Shown: positions 1 to 8,694 of the stretch, piece by piece
Position numbering within the stretch: position 1 is the stretch's first letter
Layout: each line of letters begins with the position of its first letter
NCBI GenBank assembly: GCA_016201185.1
Contig: JACQDG010000224.1
Span: 1-37,355, forward strand
Direction of reading: 5' to 3'
DNA length: 37,355 nt
Source of the DNA: Acidobacteriota bacterium
Lineage (GTDB): Bacteria; Acidobacteriota; Terriglobia; Bryobacterales; JACQDG01
Translations under genes and position numbers: made by a program
Notes under the pieces: model-generated
The model's input: only the letters and a program-made list of their open reading frames with translations
What the model was told of the DNA's origin: nothing
Database searches by the model: none

Positions 1-2
1 CG

Positions 3-140
3 GGGCAGATCGTGCTTTCCAGTGTGGGCTTCGTCAAGGCTGACCTGGAAGAGGCGGCGCGTTGGCTGGGCGTTGCGAACCTGTTCCACCGCGACGAAAA
101 GATCGAAGCTTTTCGCGCCGGTTGAGGGTCCAAGAACTAA
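3..140 (+). CDS. C-terminal end (5'-partial) of a probable thioredoxin-fold TlpA/AhpC-TSA-like protein; in-frame TGA at 123-125 read as selenocysteine (…FRAG-U-GSKN*)
   Basis: Open frame from position 3: GQIVLSSVGFVKADLEEAARWLGVANLFHRDEKIEAFRAG, TGA, then GSKN-TAA (138-140). A SECIS-like hairpin follows. The family call rests on my recall of the G[CU]GSKN C-terminus in redoxins. If TGA is a true stop, the CDS ends at 125. Confidence 0.7.
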
Positions 141-156
141 ACTCCGGTCGGAGTTT
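139..156 (+). promoter_or_regulatory. candidate bacterial SECIS element
   Basis: Perfect 7-bp stem AAACTCC/GGAGTTT with loop GGTC beginning 20 nt after the UGA. The E. coli fdhF SECIS has GGUC at a similar distance. Confidence 0.7.
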
Positions 157-163
157 TGATTCC

Positions 164-334
164 ATGCCAAAGAAGCCGGCGCGGCGGCGGAACGTGTTCC
201 GGGCGGCGAAGGAAGTCCGGAAGCTGGCGCGGGAGCGAATCGGCCCGGTGCCGGCGGGCCGAACGATCCAGCCCAAGAGCCGCAAGCCCACGAAGCATCC
301 CAAGAAAGAAAAAGAAAGCTGGCTGGAAAACTAG
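164..334 (+). CDS. small basic hypothetical protein (56 aa)
   Basis: ATG at 164 within ORF 62..334; K/R-rich MPKKPARRRNVFRAAKEVRKLARERIGPVP…; fills the gap before tdk on the same strand. Confidence 0.7.
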   Translation: MPKKPARRRNVFRAAKEVRKLARERIGPVPAGRTIQPKSRKPTKHPKKEKESWLEN

Positions 335-350
335 CGGGGACGAGGGGCGC

Positions 351-962
351 ATGAACATCGTGCAAGGACATACCGGCTGGCTGGAAGTGATCTGCGGGCC
401 GATGTTCTCCGGCAAGAGCGAGGAGCTGATGCGGCGGATGCGAAGAAGCGAGATTGCCCGGCGGCGGGTGCAGATGTTCCAGCCGGCGGTCGACCTGCGG
501 CGTTCCTCCGAGGAGGGCGTCTCCCAGGGCGGCCTGCGCACCCCGCCGCTGCTCGTCTCCTCGGCCAAGGAGATCCTGGATTTCCTGGAAGTGCGGACGG
601 AAGTGGTAGGCATTGACGATGCGCATTTCCTGGGTCCGGACCTGGTGGAGATCGCCAACCACCTGGCCGACATGGGCAAGCAAGTGATCGTGGCAGGGCT
701 TGACACCGATTACATGGGCCGGCCTTTCGAGCCGATCCCGGCGCTGCTGGCGCTGGCCGAAGAGATCACCAAGACGCTGGCCATCTGTGTGCAGTGCGGC
801 GGGCCGGCCAAGTATACCCAGCGGCTGGTGGAATCGACGGAACGGATTGTGATCGGAGCGGCCGGGCTGTATGAGGCCCGCTGCCGCCGTTGCTTCGAGC
901 CCGGTGTACCCCGCCAGCAGCAACTGGATTTTGTGAAGCCGAAGCCGGGAAAGGTGCAGTGA
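351..962 (+). CDS. tdk: thymidine kinase (TK1-like family), atypical Walker B
   Basis: P-loop GPMFSGKS, GLDTDYMGRPF, Zn lasso CVQC…YEARCRRCF. ATG 351 follows GAGG. Walker B reads GIDDAHF. Confidence 0.9.
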   Translation: MNIVQGHTGWLEVICGPMFSGKSEELMRRMRRSEIARRRVQMFQPAVDLRRSSEEGVSQGGLRTPPLLVSSAKEILDFLEVRTEVVGIDDAHFLGPDLVEIANHLADMGKQVIVAGLDTDYMGRPFEPIPALLALAEEITKTLAICVQCGGPAKYTQRLVESTERIVIGAAGLYEARCRRCFEPGVPRQQQLDFVKPKPGKVQ

Positions 963-990
963 TGGCGCCCTTCCTGTCGGCCGGTCCCCT

Positions 991-1923
991 GTGAACGAAC
1001 AACCAACTTCCCCTGAAGAATCCGGAGAGGACAGGAACCCTGTCCCCCGCTGGCTGTCTTCATTCTTGCCTGCCTCGCCCGCCCGGTTCTTCCGCTCCCT
1101 GATCCGGCTTGTCGTTTTTTTTCTTTTTACATGGATCGCGTGGTGGCTCGTCGCCAAGATGATTACACCGCTGGTGGACATGCTGGTGGCCAGCGCCTTG
1201 TCGCTGGCTGTGGCTGTAGTCTCGATCACCGCGGTCATGATGCGCATCTACGAGCTCCAGCCTTTTTATGTGGTGGGATTCTTTTGGAATCGCGTGGCCC
1301 TGGCGCATCTGAAAATGGGGCTGGCGCTGGGGGCCGGCTCTTCCTTGTTGATAGTGCTGATCCAATGGGCCGGCGGGTGGGTCCGCTTGGAGCGCATCGG
1401 GCCGATTCCCAACGCCTGGGCGACCTTCCTTTTCGGCTTCTTCATCCTGGCGGTGGGGGCCACGGGAGAAGAGCTGCTCTTTCGAGGGTATGGTTTTCAA
1501 CACTTGATCTGCGCCTTTGGCCCCTGGTTTTCCATCCTGTTTACCTCCGGGCTGTTTGCCCTCGCGCACACGGCCAATCCTTCTTTTTCGCGCTTAAGCC
1601 TGATCAATACGGGCCTGTTCGGCCTGGTATTTGGTTATGCCTACTGGCGCACGCGGGATTTGTGGCTGCCACTCGGCATGCACTTTGCCTGGAATTTCTC
1701 TCTGACCACTATCGGCGCAACCGTCAGCGGGCTTAAAATTAAATTGACGGCAGTTTCCGTAGTTTCGGCCGGCTCGCGGCTGTGGAGCGGCGGTGATTAC
1801 GGGCCGGAGGCCAGCCTGGTGACCAGTTTTGTTCTGCTGGCGACGATGGGGCTTCTCTGGAAGCGACCCCCGGCCCGGCAGCAGCAGGGGATTGTCGCCG
1901 CCCAGTATGGAGGCCGGACATGA
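991..1923 (+). CDS. CPBP/Abi family intramembrane glutamic endopeptidase
   Basis: Multiple hydrophobic helices; motifs EELLFRG, FALAH, MHFAWN. Start uncertain. Confidence 0.9.
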   Translation: MNEQPTSPEESGEDRNPVPRWLSSFLPASPARFFRSLIRLVVFFLFTWIAWWLVAKMITPLVDMLVASALSLAVAVVSITAVMMRIYELQPFYVVGFFWNRVALAHLKMGLALGAGSSLLIVLIQWAGGWVRLERIGPIPNAWATFLFGFFILAVGATGEELLFRGYGFQHLICAFGPWFSILFTSGLFALAHTANPSFSRLSLINTGLFGLVFGYAYWRTRDLWLPLGMHFAWNFSLTTIGATVSGLKIKLTAVSVVSAGSRLWSGGDYGPEASLVTSFVLLATMGLLWKRPPARQQQGIVAAQYGGRT

Positions 1924-2699
1924 GACGATCAGGAGCGTGGGTGCTCAGCGCCGGCTGGAGCTTGCTGGCTTGCGCTTCGCCTTCGCTGGCTGGCGAGAAG
2001 CTGACTTTTGCGGAGCGTACCGAGATTGTGCTGGGCCTGATGGCGGAATACGCCACGGTGAAAGTGGCCCTGCCGCGCTCGAAGAAGGCGCTGGAAGTCA
2101 CGGCCGCGGGCAAGCACGACAAGGAGAAGTGGGCCGAAGCGATGCAGCAGAACGGCCCGGCCGGCCGCGTCGGCGACCTGGTGCAGATTACCAAAGTGGG
2201 GATCGAAGGCGACCGGCTGCTGTTCGAGATCAACTACGGCATGAAAGGCCGGCGGCGATGGTGGCATAACGTGGAGGTGGGCACCAGCACCAGCGGCCGG
2301 ATGGCGCCCATCGCCCAGGATCAGAACAGCAACGCTCCGAGCGGCACCATGCTGGCATTGGTGTTCGACAAGCAGCTCCCGCCCCTCAAGGCCGCCGAGA
2401 TCAAGAAAATGCTCCAGCCCATTCTGGATTTCGAGAAGCACTCCGCCACGGAACTTTACACCGATACGCTGCCGAAAGAGTTTCAGGAGGCCATCAAGGC
2501 CAAGAAGGTTTTGGTCGGCATGGACCGGGAGATGGTCCTGCTGGCCAAGGGCCGCCCGGAAAACAAGCTGCGGGAGACCAAGGACGGCGTGGAGACGGAA
2601 GACTGGATTTTCGGCAAGCCCCCGGGCACTATCACCTTCGTGACCTTCGAGGGCGATAAGGTGATCCGAGTGAAGGATATGTACGCAGGAGCGCAATAG
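1920..2699 (+). CDS. secreted hypothetical protein
   Basis: Signal-peptide-like N-terminus (…SPSLA); ATGA overlap with the upstream gene; C-terminal GMDREMV…G.P…EDWIF resembles SmpA/OmlA-like small domains. Confidence 0.8.
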   Translation: MRRSGAWVLSAGWSLLACASPSLAGEKLTFAERTEIVLGLMAEYATVKVALPRSKKALEVTAAGKHDKEKWAEAMQQNGPAGRVGDLVQITKVGIEGDRLLFEINYGMKGRRRWWHNVEVGTSTSGRMAPIAQDQNSNAPSGTMLALVFDKQLPPLKAAEIKKMLQPILDFEKHSATELYTDTLPKEFQEAIKAKKVLVGMDREMVLLAKGRPENKLRETKDGVETEDWIFGKPPGTITFVTFEGDKVIRVKDMYAGAQ

Positions 2700-2743
2700 G
2701 CCTCGGCTCCTGGCTTCCAACTTCTCAATCTAATGGAGGAACG

Positions 2744-3754
2744 ATGGCAGCAGTAAAGGTAGGCATCAACGGTTTCGGCCGGATCGGGCGCAATATTTAC
2801 CGGGCCGCGATCGACGCGGACGACGTCAACATCGTGGCCGTCAATGATATTACTGATACTAAGACCCTGGCCCATTTGCTCAAGTACGACTCGGTGCTGG
2901 GCAGCCTGTCGGCGCAAGTCAAGGCGACCGACAACTGCATCCACGTGGACGGCAATTATTTCCAGGTTACGGCGCAGAAGGACCCTGCGCAGATCGACTG
3001 GACCTCGCTGGAGGCCCAGATCGTGGTCGAGTCCACCGGCCGGTTCACCAAGGCCGAGGAGGCACGCAAGCACCTGCGCGGGTCGGTGAAGAAGGTGATC
3101 ATCTCGGCGCCGGCCACCGGGGAGGACCTGACCATAGTGCTGGGGGTCAACGACGACCGCTACGAGCCCGCCAGGCACTCTATTCTGTCTAACGCTTCCT
3201 GCACCACCAACTGCCTGGCGCCGGTGGCCAAAGTGCTGAACGACAGCTTCGGCATCACCAAGGGTGCCATGACCACCATTCACAGCTACACTAACGACCA
3301 GGTCATCCTCGACTTTCCGCATAAAGACCTGCGGCGGGCCCGGGCCGCGGCGCTGAATATGATCCCCACCAAGACCGGGGCGGCCAGCGCCATCGGCCTG
3401 GTGATTCCGGAACTCAAGGGCAAGCTGGACGGCTACGCCATGCGCGTGCCGACTCCCAACGTTTCCGTGGTGGACCTAGTGGCAGTGTTGAGCCGGGACG
3501 TCACGGCCGAGGAGATCAACGCCAAGCTGCGCGCTGCCGCCGAAGGGCCCCTGAAGGGCATTCTGGGGTACACCGAGGACCCCGTCGTTTCAAGCGACTT
3601 CATGCACGATCCGCGCAGCTCGATTGTGGATGCCACCATGACCCGCGTACTTGGCGGCAACCTGGTGAAGGTGCTGGCCTGGTACGACAACGAGTGGGGC
3701 TTTTCCTGCCGGGTCGTCGACCTGATTCGCTTGCTCGAGAAGCGGGGGCTGTGA
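2744..3754 (+). CDS. gap: type I glyceraldehyde-3-phosphate dehydrogenase
   Basis: [25 protein letters not shown]; GGAGG Shine-Dalgarno upstream. Confidence 0.98.
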   Translation: MAAVKVGINGFGRIGRNIYRAAIDADDVNIVAVNDITDTKTLAHLLKYDSVLGSLSAQVKATDNCIHVDGNYFQVTAQKDPAQIDWTSLEAQIVVESTGRFTKAEEARKHLRGSVKKVIISAPATGEDLTIVLGVNDDRYEPARHSILSNASCTTNCLAPVAKVLNDSFGITKGAMTTIHSYTNDQVILDFPHKDLRRARAAALNMIPTKTGAASAIGLVIPELKGKLDGYAMRVPTPNVSVVDLVAVLSRDVTAEEINAKLRAAAEGPLKGILGYTEDPVVSSDFMHDPRSSIVDATMTRVLGGNLVKVLAWYDNEWGFSCRVVDLIRLLEKRGL

Positions 3755-4923
3755 TGCCCCTTTCCCTTCGCGAGCTGGATCTCCGCGGCAAGCGTACCTT
3801 CATGCGGGTGGACTTCAATGTTCCGCTCGATCCCACGGGAAGCCAAATCACCAGCGACACGCGGATCAAGGCCTCTCTGCCCAGCATTCGGTATGCCCTG
3901 GAGAATGGAGCGGCGCTGACCCTGGCCTCTCACCTGGGCCGTCCCAAGGGCAAACCTAATCCAGTGATGAGCCTGAAGCCGGTGGCGGCGCGGCTTTCCG
4001 AACTGCTCGGCCGGCCCGTGACGATGGCGCCGGATTGTGTCGGTCCGGCGGTGCCGCCGGCGGCTCCGGGCGAGGTGGTCCTGCTCGAAAACCTTCGCTT
4101 CCACGCCGGGGAAGAAAGGAACGACGGGGAGTTTTCCCGGCAGCTCGCTTCCCTGTGCGACGTCTATGTCAACGATGCTTTCGGCTCGGCCCATCGGGCG
4201 CATGCCTCCACAGTGGGCATGGTGGAGTTCGTGCCCGTGGCCGCTGCCGGATTCCTGATGGAACAGGAGCTGAAGTATCTTTCCATGGCGGTCAGCTATC
4301 CTGTGCGGCCCTATGTCGGCATCCTGGGTGGCGCCAAAGTTTCCGACAAGATCGAGGTGATTACCAACCTGTTGAAGATTGTGGATCGTCTTTTGATCGG
4401 CGGCGCTATGGCTTACACGTTTCTGAAGTCTCTGGGATTCGGTGTCGGCCGGTCGCTGGTCGAGGATGACAAGCTAGGCTTGGCCAAACAGTTGCTCAAA
4501 GGGGCCTCCGACAAGCTACGGCTGCCACACGATCACGTGGTGGCCGCCGAATTGAAGGCCGACGCGGAGTGGGAGGTTGTGGATGGGGTCAATACTCCGA
4601 TCCCGAACGGCTGGATGGGCGTGGATATCGGCCCGCAGACCGTGGCTGCTTACGCTGAGGAAATCTCCAGCGCGAAAATGATTGTCTGGAACGGACCGAT
4701 GGGCGTCTTCGAGATCCCGCCATTTGCCAGGGGTACCATCGAGCTGGCCCAGGCTGTGGCCGCTTCCGGGGCTACGAGCATCGTCGGCGGCGGTGATTCG
4801 GAAAAAGCCATCAAGACGGCCGGTGTGGCCGACAAGATTACCCACATTTCCACCGGCGGAGGCGCCTCGCTGGAGTATCTCTCCGGCCGCACCCTACCAG
4901 GCGTGGCGGCGCTGGAAAAATAG
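3754..4923 (+). CDS. pgk: phosphoglycerate kinase
   Basis: [56 protein letters not shown] overlaps the gap stop (TGATG). Confidence 0.98.
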   Translation: MPLSLRELDLRGKRTFMRVDFNVPLDPTGSQITSDTRIKASLPSIRYALENGAALTLASHLGRPKGKPNPVMSLKPVAARLSELLGRPVTMAPDCVGPAVPPAAPGEVVLLENLRFHAGEERNDGEFSRQLASLCDVYVNDAFGSAHRAHASTVGMVEFVPVAAAGFLMEQELKYLSMAVSYPVRPYVGILGGAKVSDKIEVITNLLKIVDRLLIGGAMAYTFLKSLGFGVGRSLVEDDKLGLAKQLLKGASDKLRLPHDHVVAAELKADAEWEVVDGVNTPIPNGWMGVDIGPQTVAAYAEEISSAKMIVWNGPMGVFEIPPFARGTIELAQAVAASGATSIVGGGDSEKAIKTAGVADKITHISTGGGASLEYLSGRTLPGVAALEK

Positions 4924-4939
4924 ACTCTTGCAGCGCGTT

Positions 4940-4961
4940 CTGATCCCACACTGATCCCACA
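4940..4961 (+). repeat. perfect 11-bp tandem duplication (CTGATCCCACA x2)
   Basis: Read directly between the pgk stop and the TA promoter. Confidence 0.85.
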
Positions 4962-4974
4962 GAGAGTGTCTTTG

Positions 4975-5001
4975 TGCTATCATTATGCTAACATGTTGGC
5001 A
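4975..5001 (+). promoter_or_regulatory. FitA-type operator overlapping extended -10 elements of the TA operon
   Basis: TGCTATCA (4975-4982), TGCTAACA (4986-4993), inverted TGTTGGCA (4994-5001). The Neisseria fitAB operator half-site is TGCTATCA. Confidence 0.65.
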
Positions 5002-5237
5002 TGCCTGAAGTGTTAGTCAGGGACTTGGACCCTTTGGTCATCCGGCGGCTGAAGACGCTGGCGCGAGAGCACCAGCGTTCACTGCAGGCCGAGCTGAAAA
5101 CCGTTCTGGAACGTGAGGCCGAGTCTGCGGTCTCGATGGCGGAGTTTCGTAAGGAAGCGGCCCGCCTCCGTCGGCGGCTGGCCGGCCGCAGGCACACCGA
5201 CAGCGCCACATTGCAGGCGGCCGGCCGCCGGCGATGA
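5001..5237 (+). CDS. FitA-like ribbon-helix-helix antitoxin
   Basis: MPEVLVRDLD…LKTLAREHQRSLQAELKTVL is an RHH pattern; ATGA overlap with the PIN gene. Confidence 0.88.
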   Translation: MPEVLVRDLDPLVIRRLKTLAREHQRSLQAELKTVLEREAESAVSMAEFRKEAARLRRRLAGRRHTDSATLQAAGRRR

Positions 5238-5656
5238 CGCGGTACGTCGTCGATGCAAGCGTCGTCGTGAAGTGGTTCGTGCCGGAGATCCATTCGGAAG
5301 CAGCCCTTCAATTCACAGTGTCCGAGTGCGAATTACTGGCTCCGGACTTCCTGCTGACGGAAGTGGGCAATATCCTTTGGAAGAAGATCCGCCGCGCCGA
5401 GCTTACAAGAAATGAAGGACGAGAAGTATTGCGGGTCCTTCGTCGTGCTCCGCTACAGATTCACCCCTCCGAACTCCTGCTCCAGCCGGCGTTTGAAATC
5501 GCGTGCAGCACTGGCCGCAGCGTTTACGACAGCCTTTACCTTGGGCTCGCTGTCCTCAGGCGCTGCCGGGCAGTGACAGCCGACCGGCGACTCTACAACG
5601 CTCTTCAAGGCAGCCCTTTCACCGCCAACGTTCACTGGATTCAAGAGGGGCCGTAA
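5234..5656 (+). CDS. vapC: VapC/FitB PIN-domain toxin
   Basis: VVDASVVVKW, E..N, YDSLYL, VTADRRL PIN motifs; 140 aa. Confidence 0.92.
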   Translation: MTRYVVDASVVVKWFVPEIHSEAALQFTVSECELLAPDFLLTEVGNILWKKIRRAELTRNEGREVLRVLRRAPLQIHPSELLLQPAFEIACSTGRSVYDSLYLGLAVLRRCRAVTADRRLYNALQGSPFTANVHWIQEGP

Positions 5657-5676
5657 AGGAGTGAACCGGCCCTCCG

Positions 5677-6384
5677 CTACTTCCTTCGCAGGGGCTTGAA
5701 GCGGTACTTCAGGATGCACCACAGCGCCCGGAAACCGTCGCGGAGGCCAATCTTTTTGCCTTCCTCGTAGGTGCGGCCGTGGTAGGCGATGCCGACCTCG
5801 TAGATGCGGGCCCGGGAGCGAGCCAGCTTGCAGGTGATCTCAGGTTCGAAGCCGAAGCGATCTTCCTCGAGTACGATCGACTGGATCAGTTCCCGCCGGA
5901 AAACTTTGTAACAGGTTTCCATATCGGTTAGATTCAGGTCGGTGGCCATATTGGACAGCAGGGTCAGCAGCTTGTTGCCCAGTGAGTGCCAGAAATACAG
6001 CACCCGGTGTTCCTGGGTGCCGACGAAGCGGGAGCCGTAAACGGCGTCGGCCTGGCCGCGCTCGAGCGGCTCGATCAGTTTGTAGAAATCTTCCGGGTCG
6101 TATTCCAGGTCGGCGTCCTGCACGATAACGTAATCGCCCCGGGCCTGTGCGAAGCCCGTCCGCAGAGCCTTGCCCTTTCCCATGTTGTGCCGCTGGAGGA
6201 TGACCTTCACGCTGGAGTTTTGCCGCTCGATCTCGGCGAGGCGCTCCCGGGTGCCGTCCGTCGAGCCGTCATCAACGACAATGATCTCCTTGGAAATGTC
6301 GACTCGCTCGACGCGGTTGATAATCTCGGCGATCGTTTCGCGCTCGTTGTAGACCGGGATCACTACCGAGAGCTTGAGGTTCAT
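5677..6384 (-). CDS. glycosyltransferase family 2 (polyprenol-phosphate glycosyltransferase / DPM synthase-like)
   Basis: [39 protein letters not shown]. Confidence 0.93.
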   Translation of the reverse strand: MNLKLSVVIPVYNERETIAEIINRVERVDISKEIIVVDDGSTDGTRERLAEIERQNSSVKVILQRHNMGKGKALRTGFAQARGDYVIVQDADLEYDPEDFYKLIEPLERGQADAVYGSRFVGTQEHRVLYFWHSLGNKLLTLLSNMATDLNLTDMETCYKVFRRELIQSIVLEEDRFGFEPEITCKLARSRARIYEVGIAYHGRTYEEGKKIGLRDGFRALWCILKYRFKPLRRK

Positions 6385-6393
6385 AGATCGAGC

Positions 6394-7017
6394 TCAGCCG
6401 CAAGGTGTCAGTATACCGCCCTGGATTTCACCGCCGTGCTTTCGGAGCCACTCGAGCATGGCGCGGAAGGCCTGACCCCGGTGACTATGGAGAAACTTTT
6501 CTTCCGGGTCGAGCTCGGCAAACGTGCGACCGAGCGGTGGAAAGTAAAACAGCGGGTCGTAGCCGAAGCCGCCCGCGCCCCGCGGAGCATCGATGATGTT
6601 GCCCTCGGCCTGGCCGCGGAAGGTGGCTAACAGGCGCCCGGGTAAAGCGAGAGCAACAACACAGACGAAGCGGGCGCGCGGGCAGGAAGGGAAGGCGCCC
6701 GAAACGCGGCGCAAGTTTTCAATCAGCAGAGCGCGGTTCTGCTCGTCGGTCGCGAGCGGGCCAGCGTAGCGCGCGGAGCGAATGCCGGGCTCGCCCCCTA
6801 GCGCGTCCACTTCCAGGCCGGAATCATCCGCAAACAGCAAAGCATTTACGTGGCGGGCGTAGCACAGCGCCTTTTGAATGGCGTTTTCTTCGAAGCTGCG
6901 GCCGGTCTCCGGGCAATCGAACGGCCCGGTCGCCGCGATCTGCAATTCGGGCGGCGCGGCCAGGCGGAATTCAGCCAGCTTGCCCGGATTAGCCGTGGTG
7001 CAACAGAGCGTAAGCAT
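6394..7017 (-). CDS. rdgB: non-canonical purine NTP pyrophosphatase (RdgB/Ham1)
   Basis: T.NPGK..E, ENA..KA, ADDSGL, GFGYDPLF, SHRG; coupled to rph. Confidence 0.95.
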   Translation of the reverse strand: MLTLCCTTANPGKLAEFRLAAPPELQIAATGPFDCPETGRSFEENAIQKALCYARHVNALLFADDSGLEVDALGGEPGIRSARYAGPLATDEQNRALLIENLRRVSGAFPSCPRARFVCVVALALPGRLLATFRGQAEGNIIDAPRGAGGFGYDPLFYFPPLGRTFAELDPEEKFLHSHRGQAFRAMLEWLRKHGGEIQGGILTPCG

Positions 7018-7733
7018 TACCAGGAAGCGATGCGGCGCTGGGCGGCGATCAGTTCCTGGATGCCGGTGGCGGCCAGGGCCAGCATTTCCTGCAACTGCTG
7101 CTGATTGAACAGGGCATGCTCGGCCGTCGCCTGGACCTCGACGAAACGCCCGCCGCCGGTCATCACCACGTTCATATCGACCCCGGCCCGGGCGTCCTCT
7201 TCGTAGCAGAGATCCAGCATCGGCACTCCGTCCAGGATCCCCACGCTGATGGCGGCCAGGTAGTCAGTGAGAGGCATGCGGGAAATAAGCTTCCCCTTGA
7301 TCATTTGCTTCAGGGCAAGGGCCAGGGCCACAAAGGCGCCGGTGATGGAGGCCGTCCGGGTGCCGCCGTCGGCCTGTAGAACGTCGCAATCGATGGTCAA
7401 GGTTCGCTCCCCCAACACGGCGAGGTCGGTCACGGCGCGCAAGGAGCGGCCGATGAGCCGCTGGATCTCGTGGGTGCGGCCGGAGATTTTGCCGCGCACC
7501 GCTTCGCGCGGAGTGCGGGTGAGGGTGGAGCGTGGCAGCATGGAGTACTCTGCGGTCACCCACCCCTGGCCGCTGCCGCGCAGGAAAGCGGGCACGGCGT
7601 CTTCCACCGTGGCGGTCACGACGACTCTCGTGTTGCCCATCTCAATGAGAGCGGAGCCCTCGGCAGTAAGGAGGTACTGCGGCGTGATCCGCACGGGGCG
7701 GCATTGGGTCGGCAGCCGTTGATCGATTCGCAT
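7017..7733 (-). CDS. rph: ribonuclease PH
   Basis: [45 protein letters not shown]. Confidence 0.98.
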   Translation of the reverse strand: MRIDQRLPTQCRPVRITPQYLLTAEGSALIEMGNTRVVVTATVEDAVPAFLRGSGQGWVTAEYSMLPRSTLTRTPREAVRGKISGRTHEIQRLIGRSLRAVTDLAVLGERTLTIDCDVLQADGGTRTASITGAFVALALALKQMIKGKLISRMPLTDYLAAISVGILDGVPMLDLCYEEDARAGVDMNVVMTGGGRFVEVQATAEHALFNQQQLQEMLALAATGIQELIAAQRRIASW

Positions 7734-7758
7734 GGGAGGCTAAACGCCGAAGGGAAGC

Positions 7759-7896
7759 TCAACCGGGCTTCAAGACCGCGTAGAAAAGCAACATGACCAG
7801 CGCCATCGCCAACACCAGCCAGAAAATGCAGCCGATCTGCCGGGCGCGGCTCGTCGCGGTCTTCTTACGGCCCCGAGCCGGCCTCCACTTGGGCAT
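7759..7896 (-). CDS. 45-aa single-pass membrane protein (not in ORF track)
   Basis: MPKWRPARGRKKTATSRARQIGCIFWLVLAMALVMLLFYAVLKPG*: basic N-terminus plus one transmembrane helix. Extended -10 TGcTACGAT lies 7 nt upstream of the ATG. Sits directly upstream of rph. Confidence 0.7.
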   Translation of the reverse strand: MPKWRPARGRKKTATSRARQIGCIFWLVLAMALVMLLFYAVLKPG

Positions 7897-7963
7897 TCAC
7901 CAAATCGTAGCACTTGAGGGGCAGCCGGTGGGCCAAACCTTGCCGTGGTACAACAGGAGCATT

Positions 7964-8674
7964 GTGGCTGCGAAGACCCTGGAGCGAATTGAGAGCGAGT
8001 GGAACCGGCTTTCCGTGATTCGCATTGGAAAAACGGTCGAGCTGCGAAGCACACTGGGCGTCTTCAGCGTCTATCGGCCGGACCGCGTTCTAACCGGTTT
8101 CGCCTGGGATAGCCTGAGCCTGGCTCCTTCTTTGCTGTCCTCGCCGCCCCGGCGAATCCTGCTGCTGGGAATGGGCGGTGGGACGGTGGTTCATCAATGC
8201 CGCGCCTTTTACCACGAGGCGCGGATCGACGCGGTCGAAATCGACGCTACGGTGATCCGGCTGGCCCGAAAATACTTTCATCTGCCGCGCGCCCAGGTGA
8301 GGGCGGTCCGGGCCGATGCGTTGCAGTTTGTCAGAGAGGCCTCGGGCCCCTATGACGCCATCCTGGATGACGTCTGGCCGGAGCAGGGAAGCGCAGCCAA
8401 GCCGCTGTTTGCGGCGCCGGACTACCTGGCCGGGGTTTGCCGGTTATTGGCCCGCGATGGGGTGTATGCGGCGAATTTGTGGGGCGTCGGCGGGCGGGCT
8501 TCGGAAATCCCCCGGGCTGGGAGAATGTTGCGCCCTTTGTTCCGCCGGATGGTATTATTAGTGCCGCCAGAAGGGCCGACCCGGGCCTTGGCGGCCATGA
8601 AAGGCCGAGAAGCGCCCCCGCCGGAGGCCCGCCGCCGGCTTCGCGGGATGGGCCTGCGCGTGAAGATGCTCTGA
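7964..8674 (+). CDS. spermidine-synthase-like class I SAM-dependent methyltransferase
   Basis: LLLGMGGGT, DAVEID, ADA, YDAILDD, G.YAANL. GTG start chosen after AGGAG; the track's longer start overlaps the small membrane gene. Confidence 0.8.
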   Translation: MAAKTLERIESEWNRLSVIRIGKTVELRSTLGVFSVYRPDRVLTGFAWDSLSLAPSLLSSPPRRILLLGMGGGTVVHQCRAFYHEARIDAVEIDATVIRLARKYFHLPRAQVRAVRADALQFVREASGPYDAILDDVWPEQGSAAKPLFAAPDYLAGVCRLLARDGVYAANLWGVGGRASEIPRAGRMLRPLFRRMVLLVPPEGPTRALAAMKGREAPPPEARRRLRGMGLRVKML

Positions 8675-8694
8675 GCGGATGCCGGGGAGACGGA

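Noticed and set aside
139-157. Hairpin plus TTTT read as an intrinsic terminator
   Set aside because: Most of the T run is part of the stem, the next gene starts 7 nt later, and position and loop fit a SECIS better. A dual role is not excluded.
1029-1045. Hairpin GGACAGG-AAC-CCTGTCC near the CPBP start
   Set aside because: Single copy in the window, short and inside a probable CDS; cannot be called a REP element or terminator.
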